Shown here piece after piece: positions 43,785-53,804 of a stretch of DNA of 64,000 bases. The notes beneath the pieces were generated by a model. The model ran no database searches, was not told the DNA's origin, and saw only the letters and a program-made list of their open reading frames with translations. The DNA comes from an uncultured Chryseobacterium sp. (lineage in GTDB: Bacteria > Bacteroidota > Bacteroidia > Flavobacteriales_D > Crocinitomicaceae): positions 15,729-79,728 of the forward strand of contig CAZAVP010000009.1 of NCBI GenBank assembly GCA_964488745.1, read 5' to 3'. The translations under genes and the position numbers were made by a program. Numbering within the stretch: position 1 is the first letter of the stretch; each line of letters opens with the position of its first letter.

Positions 43785-44750
43785 TCAAGGCATTAATTCT
43801 TTCAATTCCATCGTTGGTGCACCTTTCTGACCAAAATCATCATAATAATCCAAAAAGTGCAATTTATAAACCTTCCCGTTCACCGTTTTAACAATGAAAC
43901 TCTTGGTTGGATCCACCGCGTAAACACTCGTATCAAAATTATATGCTTTCCAATCAAAACCAATTACGTTGATGTTCGTTCCAAAATTGGAAGCAAGGTA
44001 ATCTGTGTAATCAATGTCTTTAAATTCCTTGTTGGTGGCTACCACGCGAACCATATTTCGATTAGATACAACACCTGCAACAATGTAAGGCATACCGTCT
44101 GGATACACATGGGTGTAAGAAGTAAAAGAGATGTCCCATTTGGATTTGTCTGGCTCTACAGACACAGCCTGATTGTTTATCAATGAAAAGTACACAAATG
44201 AAGCGCTTGTATTCTTAGAAATGACCGCTGTGGTGTAATTACTGCCATTCAAATCAGCAAATTCAAGTTGATATTCCGTTGAATTAACGGCATTTATTTT
44301 TACCTTTTTCCGACCAAACGGAACACCTAAAACACTCATTCCCAAATCAACTACATAAACTTTTTCGTTCAAATTCCAATCTGCAAAAGCGGTGGAATCT
44401 AGGTTTCCTGAAGGAGAATCATAAAGCCAAACAGCACCCTCGGTAGAAGTAATATCGGATAAGGAAGTTGCATTGGTAAGGGCAACTTTTACAAGTTTTG
44501 AACCGTTCAAAATGATTCGATAACCAGCTTCACTTGCTTCAAAAGCCAAGTCCCAAATAGCGCGATCGTTGTGACTAACAATTATTTGATCTTCCAAGCT
44601 GTAAAACAATTGGTTGCGATAATCCGAACCGGTTGAAACAGTTATTAAACTCGCATCGCTTACAGCCATTTTTGGTCTGGGGATTTCAGCTTTTTCACAG
44701 GCGAAATTCAGGGATACTAATAATAAAATCAAGTAGTTAATTTTTTTCAT
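43785..44750 (-). CDS. hmuY: HmuY-family heme-binding lipoprotein
   Basis: Lipobox NFAC. Sits immediately downstream of a TonB-dependent receptor in a heme locus. Shares motif blocks with the 417-aa protein at 50827. Confidence 0.6.
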   Translation of the reverse strand: MKKINYLILLLVSLNFACEKAEIPRPKMAVSDASLITVSTGSDYRNQLFYSLEDQIIVSHNDRAIWDLAFEASEAGYRIILNGSKLVKVALTNATSLSDITSTEGAVWLYDSPSGNLDSTAFADWNLNEKVYVVDLGMSVLGVPFGRKKVKINAVNSTEYQLEFADLNGSNYTTAVISKNTSASFVYFSLINNQAVSVEPDKSKWDISFTSYTHVYPDGMPYIVAGVVSNRNMVRVVATNKEFKDIDYTDYLASNFGTNINVIGFDWKAYNFDTSVYAVDPTKSFIVKTVNGKVYKLHFLDYYDDFGQKGAPTMELKELMP

Positions 44751-44754
44751 TTTT

Positions 44755-46983
44755 TCACTTTGAATTGTTTAATAAAAATTGAAGTTTCACATAACCACTT
44801 CTTCCCCAAGAAATAGGTGCACTTCCGTTTCCTGATGAATGCGCACCCGTGGTCATTGAGCTCGTCACATTGGTCACATTGAGCAAGTTCTTACCTCCTA
44901 CGGAAACGTTGATTCTGTTCTTCCAAAAAGCGCGACTTACGTTGAAATCTAACATGTTGTAATCATCCATAAAGAATCGAATGGATTCAACATCAGTTGT
45001 TAAATAACTTTCTGTTTTGCCAGTGTATTTGTAATATACGTTGAATTTAATGCCTGATTTTTTCCAGTCGTAACTTGCTAAAAAATTGAATTCTGGAGAA
45101 TAATAAAAACGTCCATTGCCCAGACTGCTTTTCACACCAGTGTATGAAAAACCAGGTTTCAATTCCAAGTTTTTATAATTCCAACTCAACTGAGTCCGAA
45201 TACCAATTGATTCAAATTGATCGATGTTAAAATAAGTGTATTGAATTCCCGTAGCATCTTGACTAAGAGAGATTTTATCCTTTACTTTTTGATAAAAGGA
45301 TGATATTTCCAAGTGTGTTTTTGATTTTCCGATTTTCAATTGTTGGGTGTACCACGCCTGAAAATGATTCGATCTTTCAGCAACCAACTGGTCATTTCCA
45401 GTGACATTGTGGTTGACATCCACAAAATTCATGTGCAATTCTTTAATCGACGGAGACCGAAATCCTTGCGCATAACTACCTCTAAACACTGCTTTTTTTA
45501 TCCCATATTTTAAATTGAGAGAAGGCGTTAGTGAAGTTCCATAGCTCGAATTTAAACCCAAACGGGCGGCAGGTTTAACAACCAATTGAGAAGTAATGTG
45601 CCAATCTAAAGATCCAAAAGCGGCATAATCACCGATTGTTTTTTTTTGATTTTCAATTCTTTTTCCTTTCGCAATTTCGTAATTCAAATCATATCCTACT
45701 TCATAATTTAATTTTTCAGATTTGGAAGTTTGAGAATAGGTTGCCCGAGACATAAATACACGGAAATCGGAAGTGTCATGATCGGAATCATTCAGCGTTA
45801 ATTGCTGTGTTAAATCTGTTAAATCTTTTAAATAGGTGTTTTTAATTCGCTGGTAATAATTGTGCGCTAAAACTCCTTGAATTTTAAATCGAGGTTTAAT
45901 TTGGGTTTGAAAACTCACTCCTTGATCGTTTCGATTGGTGAAATAAAAATCATCAAAAGCTTGAATAAAATAAGGCGCTCGAGGCAATCCCTTGTTGGTG
46001 ATTTTCTCTTTAAAAAAGTGGACGGATGGCGAAATGGTGGTATTCTTGAATTGAAAAGTGTAATCCAACCCTAGGGTAAATTGTTCTTTGGGTTTCCAAG
46101 TTTGAAAACGACCTGAATCTGCCACTTTTGATTTTGGAAGCACCGTCAAAGGTTCTCCAGTTGACCAACCATCAAAATAATTTCGTCCTCCATGAATGGA
46201 AAATTTGTGTTTATTAAAATTAACCGTAGCACGACCATCTAAGTTATAATTCCCAACCGTTTCGTAATAAGAAGTAAGTTGAAATTCTTGTCCACTTTTC
46301 AGATTTTTTTTGCTGATTAAATTGATGGTTCCTGCAATGGCATGACTTCCATAAGCCACACTCAAAGGGCCTTCAATCATCTCAATGCGTTGGATGTTTG
46401 CCAAATTAATTTGACTTAAATCGATTTCTCCATTCATTCTTCCAATAATTGGAACTCCGTCCAATAAAATCAATACACCTTCGCCACTTACGCCTTGTAT
46501 GGAAAGTCCACTGCCGAGAATTTGGTCTTGGTTAATTCGAATATTTAATTCATTTTGGAGTACATCTCTCAAACTTACAGCTCCTTTTGCATCGATCGTT
46601 TCTCGGTCAATTACCCGTATTTTTTGAATTGCATTTTGAGTGGTTGTCGCTCGGATTTGACCTGTAATTACCAATTCCTCAAACTCTTTTATGACAGGAG
46701 AAAGATAAATACTTCGCGGCAAATTGGTATTCATTGAGTCAGAATAATTTTCGAAACCTGTCGCTTGTACGCTTATGAATACGGAATTAGAAGTAGGTGA
46801 AAATGTGAAACCCCCCCGATTATTGGTCGTGGTGGTTGTTTTACCATGAAGAAAAGTAATTTCGATTTTGGCAAAAGGAATTGGCTCGTTGTTCTCTATA
46901 GACGATACTTGAACTTCAATTTGTGAAAACACAAACGGAGGTAAAATAAAACAAATTATAAAAAATAATCGAGAGATTTTCAT
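44755..46983 (-). CDS. TonB-dependent heme/hemin receptor
   Basis: Signal peptide, CarboxypepD_reg-like N-terminus, plug (IEMIEGPLSVAYGSHAIAG), barrel. Context lies between the HemS-like and HmuY-like genes. Start at MKISRLFF. Confidence 0.8.
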   Translation of the reverse strand: MKISRLFFIICFILPPFVFSQIEVQVSSIENNEPIPFAKIEITFLHGKTTTTTNNRGGFTFSPTSNSVFISVQATGFENYSDSMNTNLPRSIYLSPVIKEFEELVITGQIRATTTQNAIQKIRVIDRETIDAKGAVSLRDVLQNELNIRINQDQILGSGLSIQGVSGEGVLILLDGVPIIGRMNGEIDLSQINLANIQRIEMIEGPLSVAYGSHAIAGTINLISKKNLKSGQEFQLTSYYETVGNYNLDGRATVNFNKHKFSIHGGRNYFDGWSTGEPLTVLPKSKVADSGRFQTWKPKEQFTLGLDYTFQFKNTTISPSVHFFKEKITNKGLPRAPYFIQAFDDFYFTNRNDQGVSFQTQIKPRFKIQGVLAHNYYQRIKNTYLKDLTDLTQQLTLNDSDHDTSDFRVFMSRATYSQTSKSEKLNYEVGYDLNYEIAKGKRIENQKKTIGDYAAFGSLDWHITSQLVVKPAARLGLNSSYGTSLTPSLNLKYGIKKAVFRGSYAQGFRSPSIKELHMNFVDVNHNVTGNDQLVAERSNHFQAWYTQQLKIGKSKTHLEISSFYQKVKDKISLSQDATGIQYTYFNIDQFESIGIRTQLSWNYKNLELKPGFSYTGVKSSLGNGRFYYSPEFNFLASYDWKKSGIKFNVYYKYTGKTESYLTTDVESIRFFMDDYNMLDFNVSRAFWKNRINVSVGGKNLLNVTNVTSSMTTGAHSSGNGSAPISWGRSGYVKLQFLLNNSK

Positions 46984-47004
46984 AATAAAAGACATGCTTG
47001 TATT

Positions 47005-48057
47005 TTAAACAGCTGCTGTTTTTTGACTGATTTCACGAACGATTTCTCTCCATGATTCCAATTCAGGAATACCTGGTTTACGAGCACCAAAAAGAGAGCA
47101 AATCAATTCATTTTTAGCATTAAACAATTCCAAAGAGGTCACAATTCCATCGGTTGTTGGTTTGCGTACAATCCATGTTTGTGCAATTGCGTTTTCTCTT
47201 AAGTGCAAATTGAATTTTGGATCCAAAATGTTAATCCATTCTTTAAAATCAACAACGTTGGCGATTTCTCCCGTATGAATTTGAATCATTCCATCGTTAC
47301 CCACAAAAACCATGATGTTGACTTGTTTAGCAACTGCCAAGTTCAATATTTTTCTCAAACCATCGTTGTCAATTGATTCTGCTAAGTCAGAAGGTGCCAA
47401 ACGCAAAGCTTGAGTTCTCGTTACCTTATACTTTCTCATCATTCCGAAAAAGTCATGCGTGTCTTTCAAGTTTTTCCAATCTGTTTGAAATGCACTTTGA
47501 TCAATTTCGTTGTCGGGAAGTTCAACTTCCTGTGGTTTAACAGTTGATTCAATTTCTTGAATTTTACTTTGATCTTCATTCGTGAAGCGTGCAACCAATT
47601 CGTGGTACTTTTCGATGTTACTTGTTGGTTCCATGTAAATTTTGTGTACTGCTTCGCCACGGTTATTGAAAAACTGCAAGCTGTAACGTGTTTTGTCCTT
47701 ATTTGTTTCTGCAACAGCAAAGGCTGAACTCCAAGTTCTCAAGAAGATTCTTAAATCAATGTCGGCTCCAACAAATAAGCTTCCGTGTGGATTTGAAAAA
47801 TCGCCATTTAAATAGACTCCTTTTCTTTCATGAACAGCATCGTCGTTTCTAGATAATGCCATTACGTAGCCTAATTCTTCTACGCTTAAAAGGATGTCTG
47901 AGAATTCTGGGCGCAACCGAGTAACGTGTTCTCCGCATCCTAAAACGAGGACTTCCACTTCACTTACACCTAATTTTTTAGCAATGTCACGAATGCGTAA
48001 CGTTCCGTTTTCTGCTTTTACCTCGTCATAACGAGATTTTAAATTTGTATTGGACAT
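47005..48057 (-). CDS. Hemin-degrading/transport factor (HemS/ChuS/PhuS family)
   Basis: 350 aa with a two-repeat architecture. N-terminal LRIRDIAKKLGVSEVEVL is typical of the family. Adjacent to a heme ABC transporter. Confidence 0.75.
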   Translation of the reverse strand: MSNTNLKSRYDEVKAENGTLRIRDIAKKLGVSEVEVLVLGCGEHVTRLRPEFSDILLSVEELGYVMALSRNDDAVHERKGVYLNGDFSNPHGSLFVGADIDLRIFLRTWSSAFAVAETNKDKTRYSLQFFNNRGEAVHKIYMEPTSNIEKYHELVARFTNEDQSKIQEIESTVKPQEVELPDNEIDQSAFQTDWKNLKDTHDFFGMMRKYKVTRTQALRLAPSDLAESIDNDGLRKILNLAVAKQVNIMVFVGNDGMIQIHTGEIANVVDFKEWINILDPKFNLHLRENAIAQTWIVRKPTTDGIVTSLELFNAKNELICSLFGARKPGIPELESWREIVREISQKTAAV

Positions 48058-48075
48058 ATATTTTATTTATTTTGG

Positions 48076-48906
48076 TTATTGATTACTAAATTCTTCGCTC
48101 ATCTGAACGTGTTTTACTTCATTCTTTTTTGGTTTCATGGAAAAGAAAACTTCATTTCCAACTTGATTTTTCTGAATTCCAATGTCAAAAATGGCTTCTA
48201 AAACTTCAGGATCCAACGCCAATTCTTTTGTGTTATCAGCCACCACGTGACCATTTTTTACAAGGATGATTCGATCGGCAAAGGAATATGCCATGTTGAT
48301 GTCATGCAAAACAGCGATTACAATTCCCCCTTGATGGATTATTTTTTGTTGTGCCAACTCCATCAGCGAATACTGATAATGCATGTCTAAGTTATTCAAT
48401 GGCTCATCCAGGAAAAGTATTTTTTCAGGATGTTTGGAACGCTGTTCAGTTTCTAATTGAATGATTGCTCTTGCAAATTGAACCCGCTGTTGTTCTCCGC
48501 CGGATAAAGTTTGATAACTTTGATGTCGCTTTGCAAATAATTTTAATTCAATCAACATTTCATCTGTAATTCGCTGTTGTTCTTCTCGAGATTCCTGATA
48601 TGGATACCTTCCCATTTCCACGATTTCTTGAACCGTAAACGATCCAAACACATTGCTTTGCTGGTGAAGATAAGCTCGGTTTTTAGCCAAGAGATCAGTT
48701 TTCCAATTTTTCAAATCTTGATTGTGATAGCTTACGTTACCAACCGTTGGATCTAAGTAACCCGCTAACAATTGAATCAAGGTGCTTTTTCCAGCGCCAT
48801 TTGGACCTAAAATCACCACCAACTCGGAACGTTTAAATTCCATTGAAAAAGGATTTAAAAGCATTCTTCCATCAATTCCAAAACCTACATTTTTAACTGA
48901 AATCAT
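48076..48906 (-). CDS. Heme ABC transporter ATP-binding protein
   Basis: GPNGAGKSTL, LSGGEQQRV, ILFLDEPLNNLD. The true start MISVKNV at 48906 overlaps the permease stop as ATGA. Confidence 0.9.
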   Translation of the reverse strand: MISVKNVGFGIDGRMLLNPFSMEFKRSELVVILGPNGAGKSTLIQLLAGYLDPTVGNVSYHNQDLKNWKTDLLAKNRAYLHQQSNVFGSFTVQEIVEMGRYPYQESREEQQRITDEMLIELKLFAKRHQSYQTLSGGEQQRVQFARAIIQLETEQRSKHPEKILFLDEPLNNLDMHYQYSLMELAQQKIIHQGGIVIAVLHDINMAYSFADRIILVKNGHVVADNTKELALDPEVLEAIFDIGIQKNQVGNEVFFSMKPKKNEVKHVQMSEEFSNQ

Positions 48907-49952
48907 ACAAATAGCGTTCGTTTTTGTTTTAAGATGATGATTAATAAGATTGGCGCGCCGATGATGGAAGTCAAAATACCAATTGGGATTTCGATTGGAT
49001 TGATCAATGTTCGACTCACTAAATCCGCCAGACAAATGAGTAAAGCTCCTGCTAAAGCTGAAAGCGGCATTAAATCGCGGTGATTTGGCCCGATTATCAA
49101 ACGCAAAATGTGTGGAATGACCAATCCTACAAATCCTATAATTCCTGAAAAAGCAACGGTTGCACCAACCATCGCAGTTGAACAAAGTAAGACCGTAAAT
49201 TTGACTTTTTTGGTATCAACTCCAATAAAATAGGCTGATTTTTCTCCCAAAGCGAAGGCATTTAGCGCTTTACGAAAACGCATTAGAAGAAATGTAGGGA
49301 TTAAAACAAAAAATGCTAAAATACCTAAACTCAACCAAGTTGCTCCGCTTAAGCTACCTAAAGTCCAAAAAGTGATGTCGCGTAGTTGTCTATCATCAGC
49401 GAAATACGTGAGTAAACCCGTTAATGAACCAGATACTGCATTTAGCGCCACACCTGCTAAAATCAACATCGTGATGTTGATTTTGCCATTGTGCAAAGAA
49501 ACCCGATAAACCAAAAAGGCGGTTAAAGCGGCACCAATGAACGCCACGAAAGCCATGGTCAGTTGTGCGTTAAAGAATGAGAAGAAAGAAAAAAAGGAGC
49601 TTAAAACGATAAAACAAGAGGCTAAAAGAGAGGCGCCGGAAGCAATCCCAATCAAGCCAGAATCAACCAAAGGATTTCGAAAAATACCTTGCAATGCAAC
49701 GCCAGAAACGCCCAGAGCCACACCAACTAAAATGCCAAAAAGAACACGTGGAAAGCGCAAAATCCAAAAGACATTTTCTTGCGTCGTTGTAAAGTTTTGC
49801 ATTCCATCGAATCCCATTCGATTTAAAATCAAACTAAAAATTTGTTTGATTTCAATCGAAACACTTCCTATGGAAATAGAAACTAAGCAGCTCACAATTA
49901 GTAAACTGCTTAGTATCCAATAAAGCCATCTTGTTTTATTCATGCCATTCAA
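48903..49952 (-). CDS. Iron/heme ABC transporter permease (FecCD family)
   Basis: 349 aa, about 9 TM spans. LRFPRVL and GIIGFVGLVIPH motifs. Confidence 0.9.
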   Translation of the reverse strand: MNGMNKTRWLYWILSSLLIVSCLVSISIGSVSIEIKQIFSLILNRMGFDGMQNFTTTQENVFWILRFPRVLFGILVGVALGVSGVALQGIFRNPLVDSGLIGIASGASLLASCFIVLSSFFSFFSFFNAQLTMAFVAFIGAALTAFLVYRVSLHNGKINITMLILAGVALNAVSGSLTGLLTYFADDRQLRDITFWTLGSLSGATWLSLGILAFFVLIPTFLLMRFRKALNAFALGEKSAYFIGVDTKKVKFTVLLCSTAMVGATVAFSGIIGFVGLVIPHILRLIIGPNHRDLMPLSALAGALLICLADLVSRTLINPIEIPIGILTSIIGAPILLIIILKQKRTLFV

Positions 49953-49961
49953 GCCTTTTTT

Positions 49962-50819
49962 TTACAATTCGTTCAATTTTTGATTGATTTCAACCAATGC
50001 TTTCCCGATTCTTGGTCCAAAACCACTTACGTATAAACCGTCCATGCTTAAGAATTTTTTATTTTTCCCTGCGGGTGTCATTTTTACGCCAGGAATCTGA
50101 AGTAAACCTTCTCCGCCACTTAGGCTTTCTGTGCCCGAATTAAACAAAAACAATAAGTCTGGTTTTGCGGCAATGACTGATTCTGGTGTCAATGGCTTAA
50201 AATCTTCAAACCCGCTAACGGCATTTTTTCCTCCAGCCAATTCAATCATTTTGTCCATTTGGGTATTTTCACCAGCGACCATCAACATACCAACGCCTCT
50301 TGCATAAACAAAAAGTACGTTGGGTTGATTTTTCAATTGGACCATGCCTTTTAGGTCTTCATCAATTTGATTGATTAATTTTTCGCCTTCATCCGTTTTT
50401 CCAAACCATTTTGAAATTTCTGAAATGGTGCTTTTTACTCCTGCAATTGAATATGCTCTTTCAAAAAGAACCACTTCAATTTTAGCTGCTTCTAATTGGG
50501 CGATTAATGCTGCCGGCATTTCATCTTGGAAACCCAATACATGTGTTGGAGCCAATCCTAAAATCGCTTCTGCTGAAACTCCTGAAAGATGTCCTAAATT
50601 AGGAAGTGCTGCAGTTTTCTTTTCAGGAAAAGAACTCGTAACATCGATCCCAACCAACTGATCACCTTCTTGTAAATCAAAAATGATTTCGGTGATTGTT
50701 CCATTTAAAGAAACTATTTTTTTAGCAACCACTGTTTCAGAAACGGTTGTTTTTTCAGTTTTAGAACCGCAAGAAGCTAGCGCTATTACTGCAATTAACG
50801 TAAAGAGGATTTTTTTCAT
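49962..50819 (-). CDS. Heme ABC transporter substrate-binding lipoprotein
   Basis: Lipobox LASC. Class III periplasmic binding fold pattern. Position in the operon. Confidence 0.8.
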   Translation of the reverse strand: MKKILFTLIAVIALASCGSKTEKTTVSETVVAKKIVSLNGTITEIIFDLQEGDQLVGIDVTSSFPEKKTAALPNLGHLSGVSAEAILGLAPTHVLGFQDEMPAALIAQLEAAKIEVVLFERAYSIAGVKSTISEISKWFGKTDEGEKLINQIDEDLKGMVQLKNQPNVLFVYARGVGMLMVAGENTQMDKMIELAGGKNAVSGFEDFKPLTPESVIAAKPDLLFLFNSGTESLSGGEGLLQIPGVKMTPAGKNKKFLSMDGLYVSGFGPRIGKALVEINQKLNEL

Positions 50820-50826
50820 TAAAATT

Positions 50827-52080
50827 TTATTGTACGATTAATTTTTGAGAAGAAACTTTTTTGTCAGAAGAAACCATTACATGGTAAATTCCTGCTTGGA
50901 AATCAGTTACGTTCACATTCACAACTTGTAACCCAGTTGTTTGAACATTTTCTTGATAAACTACTTGACCCAAAGCATTTACAATTTTCACATCAACAGC
51001 AACTTGATTGTCAAATACAATTGAAGCAACATCGCTTGATGGATTTGGATATACATTCAAGAAAATATTTGCGTTCAATTCATCAATACCTAAAGCATCA
51101 ACTATTTTCTCTTTAGAGAATACATTCGAATTGATCGAAGTTCCTGAACCTGTTGTAAATTCAGTAAAAATCAATTTCCAAATGCTGTTATTTCTGTCTT
51201 TCACAAAGTAAACTACATCCGTTGGAACCGTTTGTGCTTGTGCATTTTTCCAGTTGTAACCTATAACGTTGATATCAGTACTAAAAGTCTGTGATTGATA
51301 ATCTACAAAAGTTGCTGGATCTGTTACTGCACTCACTTTCACAGATTCCACACCAACATTACTCAAAATACCAAATGAAGTATATTTCATGGTTGGTGAA
51401 AGTGTTGCCAAATATTGCATGAACGTTAAATCCCAAGACGCAGAAGCAGGTTCTCTGTTCAAAATTTGATTGTCTTTTACTGAAAAATAAACAAAATTAC
51501 GATCTGTCATTGTGGCGTAATCCACTTCAGATACGGTTGGTGTAGCACTGCTTAAATCAGCAAACGTAATGGAATACTTTTTACCTGTGGTATTTAAAGA
51601 AATCATCACTTTTTTGTACGTGTTGTCTGTATATTTGATTACAAAAATTCTGTTTGCTTCCAAGTTGTGCGTAATCATGCTGTATTCTCCCCAACCGTAA
51701 TCAAACTGTCCAGTTGGTGTTACATCACTAAACGCACCTTCACCCCATTTAGAGTCACTATTTTGCAATACTCCGTTTGCAACCATTCCAGCAGTATCTA
51801 ATGTTGCGAAATCTGCTGGTAAAGCACCCGCAACAGTATAAAGAGTACCTATTTTGTGATTAAAACGAATTGCTGCAGAAAGTTCAGAACTTTGTGCAGC
51901 AGTCGCAGCCAAAGCAATTTCCCAATTGTTATCAACGGCTCTAGCTTGTTCATCATTTTCTAAACTATACCATACATTGTCTGTGTATCCATTACCTGTT
52001 ATTACCGTGTCAACAACAACTTGAGCACTTACATTTTGTATTGCCACAAAGGCACATACGGCTAATACTATTTTTTTCAT
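50827..52080 (-). CDS. HmuY-like domain protein with T9SS type A C-terminal sorting domain
   Basis: The blocks NFVYFSVKDNQ...SWDLTF, INVIGYNWK and IWKLIF align with the 321-aa HmuY-like protein. The C-terminus VYPNPSSDVASI...GIYHVMVSSDKKVSSQKLIVQ is a T9SS CTD. Confidence 0.7.
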   Translation of the reverse strand: MKKIVLAVCAFVAIQNVSAQVVVDTVITGNGYTDNVWYSLENDEQARAVDNNWEIALAATAAQSSELSAAIRFNHKIGTLYTVAGALPADFATLDTAGMVANGVLQNSDSKWGEGAFSDVTPTGQFDYGWGEYSMITHNLEANRIFVIKYTDNTYKKVMISLNTTGKKYSITFADLSSATPTVSEVDYATMTDRNFVYFSVKDNQILNREPASASWDLTFMQYLATLSPTMKYTSFGILSNVGVESVKVSAVTDPATFVDYQSQTFSTDINVIGYNWKNAQAQTVPTDVVYFVKDRNNSIWKLIFTEFTTGSGTSINSNVFSKEKIVDALGIDELNANIFLNVYPNPSSDVASIVFDNQVAVDVKIVNALGQVVYQENVQTTGLQVVNVNVTDFQAGIYHVMVSSDKKVSSQKLIVQ

Positions 52081-52164
52081 TTTCCTTATTTTTAATTAGT
52101 CTAAATTAACGGAACAAAAGTATAGAGAGAATGTTTTACCCACAATCCCCTTGATAGGGGAAAT

Positions 52165-52791
52165 TCAAATCAACCCATTTTTATAGGCATAACGGGTCAC
52201 ATCAGAAGCTGAACTTACGCCAAGTTTTTTCATCAAACTTTTACGATGTGAGTGAACGGTATGCGGACTAATGCATAAAATTTCAGCAATTTGTTTATTG
52301 GTATTTCCTTCGGCAATGTGTTTTGCAATTTCACTTTCGCGTTGGGTTAAGGGAACGCTAACGCAGATTGCACCATCTTCCGTTTTAAAATTTAAAACTT
52401 TTGATAAAACACGGTTACAGAAAAAAGTCTCGTTGTTCGTCAAATGTGTTAATGCTTTTTCGATTTCTTCTTCATTGCAATCATACGTTAAATAGGCCTG
52501 AACGCCCATGTCAATGATTTCAGAAATTTCAGAAACGGCATCTAAATCGGATAAAACAATGATCTTTAAGTCTAGAAAACGAATACGCGTTTCTTTCAAT
52601 AAAGTGTGGGTGAAAATAGAGGTGTTGTTTTTGTCGTAAAATAATACGGAAGGTCGAATAACTTCCAAACTGTTCATATATACAGTAGAAGAATCGCACA
52701 ACAATTCAGTCACCTCTGCCGACAAACCACTTACAATGTGCTGTATTCCAGACTTAATAAGTGTATTATTACTTGCTATTACTACTCTCAT
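52165..52791 (-). CDS. LuxR-family DNA-binding regulator with a degenerate receiver-like N-domain
   Basis: C-terminal LTQRESEIAKHIAEGNTNKQIAEILCISPHTVHSHRKSLMKKLG. The N-domain has SNN where the acidic pair is expected and lacks the conserved Lys context. Confidence 0.8.
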   Translation of the reverse strand: MRVVIASNNTLIKSGIQHIVSGLSAEVTELLCDSSTVYMNSLEVIRPSVLFYDKNNTSIFTHTLLKETRIRFLDLKIIVLSDLDAVSEISEIIDMGVQAYLTYDCNEEEIEKALTHLTNNETFFCNRVLSKVLNFKTEDGAICVSVPLTQRESEIAKHIAEGNTNKQIAEILCISPHTVHSHRKSLMKKLGVSSASDVTRYAYKNGLI

Positions 52792-52928
52792 CTAAATTAG
52801 AATGATTCTAAACAACAAAGGTTGGAGTTTTAAATTGAGCAAACAATACCCTCAACGGGGTAATTTGAACAAATGAAATAATCAAAAAAATATCCTCAAT
52901 AATTTGTACTTTTGATAAAAAAAACAAA

Positions 52929-53753
52929 ATGAAAATTGCAGTTGTTGGATTTGGTTGGCTTGGTTTTCCCTTGGGGAAAGAATTTCTCAAAAAGGGTCAT
53001 CTAGTAGTTGGTTCGACGACAAATTCTGAAAAAATTCAAGGATTAAAAAAGGAGGGTTTAGAAGCCATTCTGCTTAACACAGAAAATGATTTTCCGCAAA
53101 ATACAACGGAATTTTTCGAAGATACGGACATTTGTATCTTGAATGTACCACCCAGCGGGAAATCCAATGCGGAAGGTTTACAACAAAATGTACAAGATTA
53201 TGGCAATCGAATGGTGCGAATAGCAAAACTATTTCCTGCTCAAACGCGGTTTGTTTTTGTTAGTTCTACGGGTATCTATCCCAATGAAATTGGAATTGCG
53301 AAAGAAAATGAATTTGATCGAACTTTATATCTTTCGACCAATTCTTTGGCATTCGCAGAAGAGACCTTGCATCAATTTTTAGGTAAGCGATTAACCATTT
53401 TACGTCTTTCAGGCTTGATCGGTAGTGAACGCCAAATTGGAAAATATTTTGCAGGTCGCAAAGCGATTTCAAACGGAGATTCACCAGTTAATTTAATTCA
53501 TCAAACGGACTGCATTCGACTGATCGAACGCATCATCGAAACCGATTCTTGGGGTGAAATTTTCAATGGGTCTGCCAGCGAACATCCGTCTCGAAAAGAA
53601 TATTATACAACTTATTGTAAAGAAAACAATTTGCCTCTTCCTGAATTTTTGAATGAAGAAAATCAAGTTATCGGAAAGTTAATTGACAATCAAGAATCAA
53701 AAGAAAAATTGAATTTTAAATATCTTTACGATAATCCTTTTAAGATGCGTTAA
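52929..53753 (+). CDS. NAD(P)-binding Rossmann-fold protein (epimerase/SDR-like)
   Basis: KIAVVGFGWLGFPLG dinucleotide-binding motif. 274 aa. Confidence 0.65.
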   Translation: MKIAVVGFGWLGFPLGKEFLKKGHLVVGSTTNSEKIQGLKKEGLEAILLNTENDFPQNTTEFFEDTDICILNVPPSGKSNAEGLQQNVQDYGNRMVRIAKLFPAQTRFVFVSSTGIYPNEIGIAKENEFDRTLYLSTNSLAFAEETLHQFLGKRLTILRLSGLIGSERQIGKYFAGRKAISNGDSPVNLIHQTDCIRLIERIIETDSWGEIFNGSASEHPSRKEYYTTYCKENNLPLPEFLNEENQVIGKLIDNQESKEKLNFKYLYDNPFKMR

Positions 53754-53804
53754 TTATTTTAGAATGAAAACAACTAAAAACGCAAGAAAACGTTTAATAG
53801 ACAC

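Noticed and set aside
48907-49185. 93-codon N-terminal extension of the ABC ATPase ORF in the track (369 aa).
   Set aside because: The extension lies entirely inside the permease gene in another frame and has Cys/Arg/Phe-rich nonsense composition. MISVKNV at 48906 gives a normal ATPase and an ATGA overlap with the permease stop.
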